The notes below the pieces were generated by a model. The model had not been told where the DNA came from. It did not search any database and was given only the letters and a program-made list of their open reading frames with translations. A stretch of DNA of 64,000 nt from Acidobacteriota bacterium (GTDB taxonomy: Bacteria > Acidobacteriota > B3-B38 > Guanabaribacteriales > JAGGZT01), in assembly GCA_021161905.1 (NCBI GenBank), contig JAGGZT010000004.1:73884-137883 (forward strand). Reading direction: 5' to 3'. Of the stretch, positions 54,917-64,000 are shown piece by piece. The translations under genes and the position numbers were made by a program. How positions within the stretch are numbered: position 1 is the first letter of the stretch; each line of letters starts with the position of its first letter.

Positions 54917-56227
54917 TTAAGCAATAACTACCTTACCTTCCCTCCCTTGGGTATTTCTGGTGGCATTTCTTGTATCTACGATCAGGGAGGAATTATCCAC
55001 TACGAACTGATAATCTACCTTGCTATGATCGGTAACAATGAGAACGCAATCTGCCGTAGAAAGCAGCTCGGCAGTGAGGGGAACACTCGCCAGATCGAGC
55101 TTCACCTTCCTCATCTTAGGGATCTTGGGGACAAAGGGATCGTGATAACTCACCTTAGCACCTCTTTCAAGGAGAAGGCTTATTATCTTGACCGCTGGCG
55201 ATTCCCTAACATCGCCCACATCCCGCTTATAGGCAACCCCAAGTACGAGAATGTGAGCCCCTTTTAAAGCCTTCCCCCGATCGTTTAAGGCATCTATCAC
55301 CCGGGAAACTACGAAATAGGGCATCTCAGTATTTATCTCACCAGAAAGCTCGATAAACCTAGTGGGGAAATCGTACTCTCGAGATTTCCAGGCAAGGTAG
55401 AAGGGATCGATGGGGATACAATGCCCTCCCAGTCCTGGACCAGGATAAAAGGGATGGAATCCAAAAGGCTTAGTCGCTGCCGCCTCGATTACCTCCCAGA
55501 TATCTATACCCATTCTGATGGCGAGCATCTTGAGCTCGTTTACCAAAGCGATGTTTACACTACGATAGATATTTTCAAGCAATTTTGTCATCTCAGCAAC
55601 ACGGGGGGAGGAAACAGGTAGCACTCGTTCAAAAGCAAGAGAATAAAGCCGTTCTACCATCCTTCTGCAAGAGGGGGTAATGCCACTTACCACCTTAGGG
55701 ATACGCCACATCGGATAGCGCTTGTTTCCTGGATCCTCGCGTTCTGGGGAATATCCGAGATAGAAATCCTCTCCTACCTTCATCCCAGTCCTCTCCAGAA
55801 TAGGAAGAAGGACCTCCTCGGTAGTTCCAGGATAGGAGGTTGACTCCAACACCACCAATTGCCCCTTTCGAAGATATCTCGATATCTCTTTGGTGGTGTT
55901 GATCACGAAGGAAAGATCCGGCTCCCTCCCCTCCCCGAGGGGGGTAGGCACGCATATCAGGATGGCATCCGGACGGGAAAGGCGGGAGAAGTCAGCAGTG
56001 GCAGAAAAAATACCTTCCTCAACATAGCGGGAGAGGTCGCGGGAAGAGAGAGTAGTAAGATAACTTTCACCCTGTGAGATGCTTGCTATCTTCTCCTTGT
56101 CTATATCAAAGCCAAGCACCCGCACCCCTACCCTGAGGAAGCTAACCGCCAAGGGAAGACCAACATAACCAAGACCGATGACACCGATAACTACCGTTCT
56201 TCCTTCGATCTTCTCTTCAAGCTCCAT
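54917..56227 (-). CDS. Nucleotide-sugar dehydrogenase (UDP-glucose/GDP-mannose dehydrogenase family; WecC/WbpA-like)
   Basis: N-terminal Rossmann VIGLGYVGLP. Catalytic Cys region GGHCIPIDP. UDPG_MGDP_dh C-terminal domain. Confidence 0.85.
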   Translation of the reverse strand: MELEEKIEGRTVVIGVIGLGYVGLPLAVSFLRVGVRVLGFDIDKEKIASISQGESYLTTLSSRDLSRYVEEGIFSATADFSRLSRPDAILICVPTPLGEGREPDLSFVINTTKEISRYLRKGQLVVLESTSYPGTTEEVLLPILERTGMKVGEDFYLGYSPEREDPGNKRYPMWRIPKVVSGITPSCRRMVERLYSLAFERVLPVSSPRVAEMTKLLENIYRSVNIALVNELKMLAIRMGIDIWEVIEAAATKPFGFHPFYPGPGLGGHCIPIDPFYLAWKSREYDFPTRFIELSGEINTEMPYFVVSRVIDALNDRGKALKGAHILVLGVAYKRDVGDVRESPAVKIISLLLERGAKVSYHDPFVPKIPKMRKVKLDLASVPLTAELLSTADCVLIVTDHSKVDYQFVVDNSSLIVDTRNATRNTQGREGKVVIA

Positions 56228-56353
56228 CTTCCTCCCCCTCTATCTTATTTTTAAATAACATAGCACCTCCCTCCTCATCTGTAAAGTGAAGAGGTTCTTT
56301 AGGGAAACGGTAATTTACTCAATAAGTCTGTATGGAAAAGGGGAAAGAGGTGG

Positions 56354-57487
56354 TTAAGAATCAGGCTCCTCCTTTTTGATCCTCAACCCTTGGATCCCTC
56401 TTAACACAAGGTAGCCACCAAAGAGGATAAGCGCAATAGGGACGATGAAGTCGGCAAACTCAGGGAATTTCCCGGCAAGAAGTATTAGAAAGGAAAAGAC
56501 GAGGAAGAAAAAGCCGGTTATCCGTGCCCAGCGGAATGTCCTCCTCTCAGCCGGAACAAGGGAAATAAGAAAGAAGGAAACCGAGAGCCCAACAAAGAAG
56601 ACAAAAGCCTCAACTACCGATGGCCACCAAGAGTAAAAGGCATCTAATGGATAGAGGGATAGAGTGGCAAATAGTCCAAAGAGAAATACCCCCCACCAAT
56701 TCCTCCTATCCAAGAGATACAGGGAGAGGAAGGCAAAAGCCAGCCCTGAAAGGAAAATGGTTCCAGCAATGGGGGTAGGAACTGGGGAGGTAGCCACTAT
56801 CGTCACCACCCCAAGGACAAGAAGCATAAAACCGAGGAAATAAAGGGAAAGGGATCTCCTCCTCTTAAAAAGGGCGAGAAAGAGCAATCCTATCCCAAAA
56901 AGGAACCCCCCTCCGGCAAGTCCTCCGGCACTATATATCCTCAAAATTGAGCTGAAACTCACGATGCCGAGTAGGATCAGGAACCAAGCGGGATAAAGAG
57001 CCCACCTTTCCTTCCTGAACAGAAGGAGGAAAAGAAAGAGGGCACCTGAACCGATAAGGAATACTCCACCGGTTACGCCATCCCGATGAAAGAAGGTATC
57101 CGTCAACACCGTTCCGCTCAACACCAACAAAAACCAGCTGGGATATATCGCCCAGTCTTTTCTCTCTTTTAGAAAGAACGCCGGCAGAAAGGAGAAAGCA
57201 AAACCAGCAAGGACGAGTGCCCCGAGAAACTCGTCCTTCATTATCTCAAAGTAACCAAGTAAGCCAATCGCCCCTAAAGTGAGAACTATGCCCCCCGGAA
57301 TAAACCATCTCCAGGATTCTTCCTCCTTAAAGGAATGAAGAATAAAGGTAAACCCTATAGCGAGAAGACCAACCGAAAAGACGAGCTCGACTTCAACAGG
57401 GAGAAAGCCAAAGGTGTCAAGAAGAAACAATCCACCAAGGGCGATCAGAAAAATACCCACTAATAAGCGGAATATCCTTTTACCCAT
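56354..57487 (-). CDS. Polytopic membrane protein with internal tandem repeats
   Basis: 377 aa with at least 10 TM segments. A motif recurs four times: EESWRWFIPGGIVL, ERKDWAIYPSWFLL, KERWALYPAWFLIL, DRRNWWGVFLFGLF. Confidence 0.55.
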   Translation of the reverse strand: MGKRIFRLLVGIFLIALGGLFLLDTFGFLPVEVELVFSVGLLAIGFTFILHSFKEEESWRWFIPGGIVLTLGAIGLLGYFEIMKDEFLGALVLAGFAFSFLPAFFLKERKDWAIYPSWFLLVLSGTVLTDTFFHRDGVTGGVFLIGSGALFLFLLLFRKERWALYPAWFLILLGIVSFSSILRIYSAGGLAGGGFLFGIGLLFLALFKRRRSLSLYFLGFMLLVLGVVTIVATSPVPTPIAGTIFLSGLAFAFLSLYLLDRRNWWGVFLFGLFATLSLYPLDAFYSWWPSVVEAFVFFVGLSVSFFLISLVPAERRTFRWARITGFFFLVFSFLILLAGKFPEFADFIVPIALILFGGYLVLRGIQGLRIKKEEPDS

Positions 57488-57615
57488 CTTTTTTACTCCT
57501 GATTTATAAAACGGGGTTAAGGGGGAAAAAGTTCCTCCCTTCTATCTACCTTCCCCCTCTTCTAAAAGAAGCTTCTCTCCCTCTCCTCTCTTATGATAAA
57601 ATAAAACTGGGGCAA

Positions 57616-59340
57616 ATGGAAAGGCACGATAAAGAAGATACTGCTTTTAGTAGCAAGAGGGAGGAAATAGATAATAAGAAGATAGCAAGCGCGAAGGAAG
57701 TAATATCCCAGCTGATCAAAACAATTAAGGCATTTCGTCTTTACCCTCGAAACAATCCCATATTTATCCAATTTATCTCGGGGTTAAAGAATAACTTATC
57801 CGCCTACTTTGACAAATACAACGCCCTTACTCTCACTATAAAACCGAACGAACTTCTGGTGGACGGGGAAAGGGTATATTTCAAAAAGAAAAGAGAGGAA
57901 AGTCTCTCCTTCTTTTTCTATCGAGATGGCTTGAGAAAATTATCCTTTATCCCTCCTTTGGATGAAAGAGAGCTCATTGGTTTTCTTGAAGTGATAAAGG
58001 AAACGCAGCTCCACGAAAATCCACTCGATGACTTAGTAACCCGCCTCTGGGAGAGAAATTTTTCCCAAATCGCCTATGAGGTGGCAGAAGAACAAATCCC
58101 TACCGAGGAAGGGATCGAACTCCTTCTTGAAGAAGCATGGAATACCTCAAAAGAATACAGTGGAGGAGAGGTGCCAGAGGATGAAGGAAGAGCTGAAGCC
58201 CAGAAGCAGAAGAGTCTTGACTTCCTCGTTGAGGAACTGAAGAAAACGAAGGACAGCGAAGAAAAAGAAGATACGCTGACCCGACTCCCCCTTACTGAAG
58301 AGGAAATAGTCTATATACAAGAAGAACTCGCTAAGAGTAAAACAGAGGAGATACTAACCCGGGTGGTTGACTCCCTGCTTTACATAATCAAGACGGAAGG
58401 AGAAGATCAGCCAGAAGTCTGGGCGCTCCTTGGGGAGACCTTGACTGGATTCTTCAATAAAGGGGAGATAGCCCAAGCAACAAGTCTTCTTGAGAGATTG
58501 AATGAGGTCAAAGAAGATATCGGAGAAGAACGGTTTTCGGCGGCATTAAAGAGGATGTTTAAAAAAGATACTCTAACCAAGTTAGCCACCTACTTAAACC
58601 AACAAGGGGAAAAGGATGAAAACCTTATGTATTACTTCTTCTCCCTACTGGTGAAACCGGCTCTTCCCCAGCTAATAGAGCTACTTGGAGAACTCGAAGA
58701 GAGAAAGGACCGTTCTCTCCTCTGTCAGGTAATTGCTGATCAAGCTAAGGACCAAATCGAGGTAATCGCCTCGAAACTGATGGACAAAAGATGGTATTTA
58801 GTGCGGAACTTGGTGTTCATCCTGGGCAAGATGGGAGACCAAAGGGCATTAAAGCATCTAAGAGGGGTAGCTCATCATCCGGACTCAAGAGTAAGGCTCG
58901 AAGTTGTTCGCACCCTGGCACAGTTAGGAGGGGGAGGAGCCTACGAAGCAATCAGCCTGTTCCTCTATGATCGCGATCCAAAAATCCGCTCTCTCGCTGC
59001 CCTCACCTTGGCGGAAGGGAAATATCCCAAAGGAGGGGAGATCCTTTTCGACATCGTAAGGGATAAGGAGTTTAGGAAAAGAGAATTGGACGAGAAGATA
59101 ACTTTCTTCAAAGCATTGGGAAAAGTGGCTCCCCGGAGAGCCATCTCTTACTTGGAGAAACTACTCTTCAAACGCTCCTTCTTCAGGAAGAAACTAACAA
59201 ATGAGATGCGTTTAGGAGCCGCTTACGCCCTTTTTGAGATAGGGACGGAGGAAGCGAAGAAGATCCTGAAACGGGGGAGAGAAAGTAGAAGGGAAGAGGT
59301 AAAGAGGGCGGTCTTAACCGCGGGAAAAGGTAAGAGATAA
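57616..59340 (+). CDS. HEAT/PBS-lyase-repeat protein with an N-terminal domain paralogous to the downstream HD-GYP protein
   Basis: C-terminal HEAT-like repeats (RWYLVRNLVFILGKMGDQRALKHL, DSRVRLEVVRTLAQLG, DPKIRSLAALTLAEG). Acidic middle region. Confidence 0.6.
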   Translation: MERHDKEDTAFSSKREEIDNKKIASAKEVISQLIKTIKAFRLYPRNNPIFIQFISGLKNNLSAYFDKYNALTLTIKPNELLVDGERVYFKKKREESLSFFFYRDGLRKLSFIPPLDERELIGFLEVIKETQLHENPLDDLVTRLWERNFSQIAYEVAEEQIPTEEGIELLLEEAWNTSKEYSGGEVPEDEGRAEAQKQKSLDFLVEELKKTKDSEEKEDTLTRLPLTEEEIVYIQEELAKSKTEEILTRVVDSLLYIIKTEGEDQPEVWALLGETLTGFFNKGEIAQATSLLERLNEVKEDIGEERFSAALKRMFKKDTLTKLATYLNQQGEKDENLMYYFFSLLVKPALPQLIELLGELEERKDRSLLCQVIADQAKDQIEVIASKLMDKRWYLVRNLVFILGKMGDQRALKHLRGVAHHPDSRVRLEVVRTLAQLGGGGAYEAISLFLYDRDPKIRSLAALTLAEGKYPKGGEILFDIVRDKEFRKRELDEKITFFKALGKVAPRRAISYLEKLLFKRSFFRKKLTNEMRLGAAYALFEIGTEEAKKILKRGRESRREEVKRAVLTAGKGKR

Positions 59341-59342
59341 AG

Positions 59343-60836
59343 ATGGAGGAGAAGAGAAAAACCGTTCGGCTTCAGATAAGGAGGGTGATATCTGAGGACT
59401 CCGATATCCCCCTATCCTCGGCTATTACCCTCAAACTGCACCGCCTAAGTAGCCGCTTTGTAACCAGTCTTTATGTGGTCATAAAGATGTTGCAGATACA
59501 CCGGATAAACAACCAAGCGGTGATAACCGCTCTTGACCGGTTGATGGAAGCCGCAAAAGCACTCTTTGAGCTCGACCCAGAGATAAACCTTCAGATCTAC
59601 GATGATTTTATCTTCGTAAACAACCTCCGGCTTAAGCTTGAGATCGAGGGTTATCTCAGTTTCCGTTACATCATCGAAGAATTCACCACTAGGGGGATAG
59701 GAAGGCTCACCATCACCGAAGGAGTGGAAAGGGAGGAGTTTATCCAATTTGCCCTTGCCTTTAATGAGCTTGAGCGAGGAGAAAAGGCTTTTGACATCCT
59801 CAAAACATCTCTTAATGAAAAAGGGGTAAAACACCTTGATGTCGGGAAACTCATCCCTCCTACTGAGAGGAGAAGGGGATCAACCGATCTCAAAGAGGTA
59901 AAGGAAGCATCCAAAAACGCCTTTTTCCGAGCCATTCAGTTAGTGAAAAACGCTGCCTTAGGAGGAAAGGAGGAGAAAAAACTCAGCTTGAAAAAGGGAA
60001 AAAGGCTTGTTCAATCACTTATCGATCTGGTGCTTGAAGATGAATATTTCCTCATCGGACTTACCTCCATCAAGAATTATGACGACTACACCTTCAACCA
60101 CTCGGTAAATGTTTGCATCCTTTCCCTCGCTTTAGCAAGCCACCTCGGCTTATCCCGAACTGAACTCTGTAACCTTGGAGTAGCCGCTCTGTTCCACGAT
60201 ATGGGCAAGCTCCTTCTTCCCAAAGAGATCTTATTCAAACCGGGGAAGTTGACCGAGGAGGAATGGCGACTGATCAAGAAACACCCCATCTTGGGGGTAA
60301 AAGCACTACTTAAAAACGGTATCTATGGAGAATTTGGATTTACCTCCATCATCGTCGCCTTTGAACACCATCTGAGATTGGACTATTCGGGTTATCCTGA
60401 GCTTCCTACTCCGAGGAAACCCAGCTTCTTAACCCGAATAGTGAGCATTGCCGACGCTTACGACGCAATGACTACCTCTCGCTGTTATCAAAAAGCCCTT
60501 CTGCCGGAAGAAGCTCTGAAGAAGATATATGATACCAGCCCCAAACTTTACGACCGGGCATTGGTCAAAGTATTCATCAATATGCTCGGCATATATCCTC
60601 CGGGTAGCTTCGTGCTTTTGGATACAGGAGAAAGTGGGGTGGTCTATAGACCAAATCCAACCAAGCTGGATAGACCCCGGGTCAAACTGGTGTTCGATGC
60701 CAAGAAAAACCCCCTCCCTGGGCAACCGGTGGACCTCACCGAAGAAGACCCAAGGAAGGGTTATAAACGGAGTATCGCCTCTTCCCTCAACCCCTATCAC
60801 TATGGGGTGAATGTGGGGAAACTCCTTTCCGAATAA
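59343..60836 (+). CDS. HD-GYP domain protein (c-di-GMP phosphodiesterase family)
   Basis: HD motif HSVNVCILSLALASHLG...FHDMGKLLLP and the HD-GYP signature HHLRLDYSGYPE. Starts 3 nt after the stop of the upstream gene. Confidence 0.8.
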   Translation: MEEKRKTVRLQIRRVISEDSDIPLSSAITLKLHRLSSRFVTSLYVVIKMLQIHRINNQAVITALDRLMEAAKALFELDPEINLQIYDDFIFVNNLRLKLEIEGYLSFRYIIEEFTTRGIGRLTITEGVEREEFIQFALAFNELERGEKAFDILKTSLNEKGVKHLDVGKLIPPTERRRGSTDLKEVKEASKNAFFRAIQLVKNAALGGKEEKKLSLKKGKRLVQSLIDLVLEDEYFLIGLTSIKNYDDYTFNHSVNVCILSLALASHLGLSRTELCNLGVAALFHDMGKLLLPKEILFKPGKLTEEEWRLIKKHPILGVKALLKNGIYGEFGFTSIIVAFEHHLRLDYSGYPELPTPRKPSFLTRIVSIADAYDAMTTSRCYQKALLPEEALKKIYDTSPKLYDRALVKVFINMLGIYPPGSFVLLDTGESGVVYRPNPTKLDRPRVKLVFDAKKNPLPGQPVDLTEEDPRKGYKRSIASSLNPYHYGVNVGKLLSE

Positions 60837-61880
60837 CTACTTCGTCTCTATATCTATGTCACCGCTGGTCGAAGAGATACGCAGGGTAGCACCTCCTTTT
60901 CCTACCGTTCCAACGAGTTTTCTCTTCCCCTTCTTAAAGCTTACCTTGAGCATAGGGACTGAACAGCGTATAGAACCGCTCATAGTATGAGCATCAAGAT
61001 CAAAGGAGGAATCCTTAGAAAGGATAAGACTTATATCACCTGAGGTGGTGCTAAAGATATAGGTACCACCATCGGTCAACCGCCCTTCGAAGGCAACCTC
61101 GCCGCTGGTAGTTCCCACCTTAACCTTACGGCAATCGCTCACACCGAAAAGCTTTACCTCTCCACTCACCGTCCCCGCTGAGATATTACCGGACACCTTT
61201 CTCCCGGTAATATCACCGCTCACCGATTTCAATCGAAGATCACCCATGGTATCGAACGCCTCGATATCACCGCTCACCGTAGAGGCATCGACCTCTTTCA
61301 CTCCGCGAAGCTCGATATCACCGCTCACCGATTCAGCATCGACACTTCCCCCCTTCTCTACGACGATGTCTCCACTGACCGATTCCAGTATAAGCTCTCC
61401 CATAACAGCGGTGATATCCATATCCCCGCTAACCGTATGGATGTCAAGTGAGCCATTTCTGGGGACAAAGAGCTTGTAATCCACCCACACCCGAAGGGAA
61501 CGGTGGAAGAACCCCCTAAATTTTGGGTAGGAGGTACTTATCCGAATGAGGTCTTTACGCGCATTGATCTTTATCTTGACCCTGTCGGCATTCTCCTTGG
61601 CTCTCGCTTTGGTAGCCGCTTTGGAATACTTGATGGCGATGATCCTTACTTCGTTTTTGTCCCAAGAGGTGACCTCGATATCACCAGACACATTCCTGAG
61701 GATCGCCTTTCCCTTTGGGCTTAGGGGATAGGTTTTATCCAGCTTTTCCTGATAATCAGCCTTTACTATCCCTCCCCCCACCTTATCCTTTGCTGTAAGG
61801 GAGTATCCGAGAAGAGGAAATACGAGAAAGAGAAGGAGAGATACCCCTCCCGCCAATTTAGCCAATCGATTTACCTTCAT
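60837..61880 (-). CDS. DUF4097-family beta-helical 'putative adhesin' protein
   Basis: Start chosen at MKVNRLAKLAGG, with AAGGAGG 5 nt upstream. N-terminal TM/signal. At least 9 repeats of the VSGDI(E/T/S) unit. Confidence 0.65.
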   Translation of the reverse strand: MKVNRLAKLAGGVSLLLFLVFPLLGYSLTAKDKVGGGIVKADYQEKLDKTYPLSPKGKAILRNVSGDIEVTSWDKNEVRIIAIKYSKAATKARAKENADRVKIKINARKDLIRISTSYPKFRGFFHRSLRVWVDYKLFVPRNGSLDIHTVSGDMDITAVMGELILESVSGDIVVEKGGSVDAESVSGDIELRGVKEVDASTVSGDIEAFDTMGDLRLKSVSGDITGRKVSGNISAGTVSGEVKLFGVSDCRKVKVGTTSGEVAFEGRLTDGGTYIFSTTSGDISLILSKDSSFDLDAHTMSGSIRCSVPMLKVSFKKGKRKLVGTVGKGGATLRISSTSGDIDIETK

Positions 61881-61911
61881 ATCCGCCTCCTTGATTAAGC
61901 TGGTTTTATGG

Positions 61912-62535
61912 TTAACGCATTTTCTCAAATATTATTCCCTCCAAAAGGGTTACCTTCTTCCGATAGATATCGAGGAGGCACCTCCTCAATTCAGGATTAT
62001 CCGGGTGTTTGGCTATTGCCTTTTGGCAAGTGTCGATCGCCTGGTCGATGATCGCCAAGTTTTTCTCTATCACCCTCCGTAGTTCCGGATCAAGGCTGCT
62101 TTTCTCCTTTTTGAATTCTCCTGTAAGTAATTCGAGCGCCTTTTCGTAGTGATATTCTGCCTCTATAAAATGAGCAATAGCAATATCAGAAGGAGTTAAA
62201 GGAGGACTACTCCCCCCCCGAAGAATGAAGAATAGAGAAAGGAAACCACCAATAAGAAGAAGCAAGAAGAAGACAGTCGCTGTTAAGAGCCTCGGCGAGG
62301 CAAAGGAGATCGAAAAAGGTCTACCCCTTCCCAGAAGTTCAACTAAGGATGGAGAAAATGGGCGAACGCCCTCTTTCAATCTCTTTGCTTCTGCCTTAAG
62401 AAGCCTTAAATCGGTTAATAGATCGCGGCACTTAGGACAAAGCTTAAGATGTTCTCCAAGTTCTTCCCTTCTACTCTCCTGCAGTTCTCCATCTATCAAC
62501 TGCAGGATGTATCTTTCCGCCCTCTTACAATCCAT
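61912..62535 (-). CDS. Zinc-finger anti-sigma factor (ZAS-like) with a single TM
   Basis: N-terminal C...H.....CPKC motif (MDCKRAERYILQLIDGEL...HLKLCPKCRDLL). TM ATVFFLLLLIGGFLSLFFI. Lies immediately downstream of the ECF sigma gene with a 3-nt gap. Confidence 0.65.
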   Translation of the reverse strand: MDCKRAERYILQLIDGELQESRREELGEHLKLCPKCRDLLTDLRLLKAEAKRLKEGVRPFSPSLVELLGRGRPFSISFASPRLLTATVFFLLLLIGGFLSLFFILRGGSSPPLTPSDIAIAHFIEAEYHYEKALELLTGEFKKEKSSLDPELRRVIEKNLAIIDQAIDTCQKAIAKHPDNPELRRCLLDIYRKKVTLLEGIIFEKMR

Positions 62536-62538
62536 CGC

Positions 62539-63075
62539 TTAACTCCTCCCTCTCAGGAGGTCTAAAAATGGAGAAAGCTTCTTCCTTAATCTCAACCTCG
62601 CCCGAAAGAGCTGAGATTTCACCGTACCGGAGGAACATCCCCTTATCTCGGCAATCTCCTCATGGGTGAAACCCTCAATATCGTGTAGGACGAACATCGC
62701 CCTTTGCCCAGCAGGAAGCGATAACAAAGATTCCTCAAGCTTTCTCCTGAATTCAACCTTGCTGGCGAAATCCAACCCCTTACCTCTTCCTTCCTTTATC
62801 ATAAACAACTTCTTCAATTGCCTTACCCTCCTCCACCTCAGATGGGAGATCGTCTTATTGACTGTTATCCGATAGATCCAGGAGAATATCTCACTTTCAT
62901 TCCGAAAACCATCAACCTTCTTAAGGAGGGTGAGAAATACCTCTTGAACTATATCCTCAGCTGCCGCTTCCTCCCCTATCATCCGAAGGGCGATTCGGAA
63001 AACCTTATCCTTATGCTGGCGGTATAACTCTTCCACTCTCTCCGAAAGCGAACCTTTGCCTCGTTCAGCCATCAA
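62539..63075 (-). CDS. ECF-type RNA polymerase sigma-70 factor
   Basis: Region 2 (DIVQEVFLTLLKKVDGF...FSWIYRITVNKTISHLR) and region 4 HTH (HEEIAEIRGCSSGTVKSQLFRARLRLRK). Confidence 0.85.
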   Translation of the reverse strand: MMAERGKGSLSERVEELYRQHKDKVFRIALRMIGEEAAAEDIVQEVFLTLLKKVDGFRNESEIFSWIYRITVNKTISHLRWRRVRQLKKLFMIKEGRGKGLDFASKVEFRRKLEESLLSLPAGQRAMFVLHDIEGFTHEEIAEIRGCSSGTVKSQLFRARLRLRKKLSPFLDLLRGRS

Positions 63076-63125
63076 CTCTCAACTCTTCCTTTCGTTGGAC
63101 GAATAAAAGAGGAATATAGTTGTCA

Positions 63126-63157
63126 ATAAAAAAACAGCTTTCTCCGGGAGAGAAAGC
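63126..63157 (-). terminator. Rho-independent terminator of the 63181-63996 gene
   Basis: On the minus strand: GCTTTCTC-TCCCG-GAGAAAGC hairpin, followed by TGTTTTTTTATT. Confidence 0.8.
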
Positions 63158-63180
63158 CGAGAAAATAGCACGCCTCTATC

Positions 63181-63996
63181 CTACTTTATCCACTTAACCC
63201 GAATACCCCCTAAGCCAATCTCTACTTCACCTTTAAGCCGGTACTTAGCGGTAGCTAAATTATCGCTTACATACCTTCCTGAGCTTACCCGGGAGAAACC
63301 AGCGGAGGATAACTTCTTCGCTCCAAACCCAGAGGCATCGAGTTCAACACCCAATTCTCGAGGAAAAATGAGGTGAATTCCCCCTATCCCTCCGGCAATA
63401 GAGGCGAAAATGTCCCTCTGCCACTTACCGGAAAAATCGAGGGTAATACTCCCAACCCCTCCATTTACCTCCAACCGGCGACAGTTGGCGTTTCCGAGCT
63501 TTTTCACATTAATGCTTCCTACTCCCGCCTCAAGCTGAAATATATCCATAACATCTGGGTTGGGAGTGCCAAAGTAAACATCTGTGTCGCCTGCCCCAAT
63601 CGAAAGGGAGAAATCAGAAAGGCGAAGTTTAGAAAGGTTCATCCGAGCCTTACCAGCTCCAAAGGAACTCTCTAAAGAAATAGGCACAGAAGGGGGGAGT
63701 CTTACCACTGTCCTCACTCTTTTCCGCCCCCCAAAAAAGGACCCTTTTCTCTGTTTTACCTTGATTTTCAAAAAACCCTCATCGCCCCTCTTCACATAAG
63801 AGATGCGCACCTTATATCGGGATGTATAATCCACCCTGGCATAGAATGCCTCGTCCTCCTTGCCAGAGGAGAGAATAATCTGCCCCTCAGCGACAGAAAG
63901 CTCAACCCGGATAACTTTCTCCCCAGATAGCTTCTGGCTTTTTATCGCAGTTTCAGCCCTAAGGAGAGATGAACAAACGAATATTAAAGAAACCAT
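63181..63996 (-). CDS. Secreted DUF2807/DUF4097-like beta-helical (LiaF C-terminal / head-GIN-like) protein
   Basis: Signal peptide MVSLIFVCSSLLRAETA. Repeated G-rich beta-helix rungs (SIGAGDTDVYF, EAGVGSINVK, NGGVGSITLDF, IAGGIGGIHLIF). Confidence 0.55.
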   Translation of the reverse strand: MVSLIFVCSSLLRAETAIKSQKLSGEKVIRVELSVAEGQIILSSGKEDEAFYARVDYTSRYKVRISYVKRGDEGFLKIKVKQRKGSFFGGRKRVRTVVRLPPSVPISLESSFGAGKARMNLSKLRLSDFSLSIGAGDTDVYFGTPNPDVMDIFQLEAGVGSINVKKLGNANCRRLEVNGGVGSITLDFSGKWQRDIFASIAGGIGGIHLIFPRELGVELDASGFGAKKLSSAGFSRVSSGRYVSDNLATAKYRLKGEVEIGLGGIRVKWIK

Positions 63997-64000
63997 TACC

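Overview
This 64 kb window looks like a chromosomal segment (GC roughly 50%) from an anaerobic, diderm bacterium, probably an uncultured lineage: it carries an AOR-family oxidoreductase, a DUF362 Fe-S protein and many radical SAM enzymes. Coding density is about 90%. I call 62 CDS (two of them weak calls for small proteins) and three tRNA genes: Pro-CGG, Pro-GGG and Gly-CCC. I also mark four strong hairpin terminators and two near-consensus sigma70-like promoters. I see no transposase, integrase, CRISPR array or rRNA. The conserved backbone includes aspartate-type aminotransferase and transketolase; apt-acyP; surE; der; the miaA-hfq-hflX ... hflK-hflC cluster; an exbB-exbD-tonB-like module; argS; and queC-queE. 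The segments I would look at first are: (i) a queC-queE block fused into one overlapping minus-strand operon with a DUF72 protein, a B12-binding radical SAM enzyme, an ASKHA 'activase-like' ATPase and a cysteine-rich unknown, a candidate 7-deazapurine tailoring pathway; (ii) an MglA-family GTPase with a ~150 aa C-terminal extension and no adjacent MglB, co-operonic with a membrane protein built from a TolB-like beta-propeller plus four CarboxypepD_reg domains and with IHF/MerR regulators, with bactofilin and a PilB/pilin locus elsewhere in the window; (iii) a Tes-like (tetraether-lipid-synthase-like) radical SAM enzyme with an N-terminal zinc ribbon; (iv) a ThiF/MoeB E1-like protein plus a Gly-Gly-ended MoaD/ThiS protein, convergent with a tungsten/molybdopterin AOR plus ferredoxin; (v) a CsgG-like secretin-family protein, a 4-TM protein and a VanZ protein inserted between hflX and hflKC; (vi) a Ser/Thr kinase with an FGE-sulfatase domain overlapping a zinc-ribbon-extended PilB ATPase; (vii) a HEAT-repeat protein and an HD-GYP protein with paralogous N-terminal domains; (viii) an ECF sigma / anti-sigma / DUF4097 module next to a second beta-helical adhesin-like gene. 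Functional names come from motif recognition by eye. No database search was possible.
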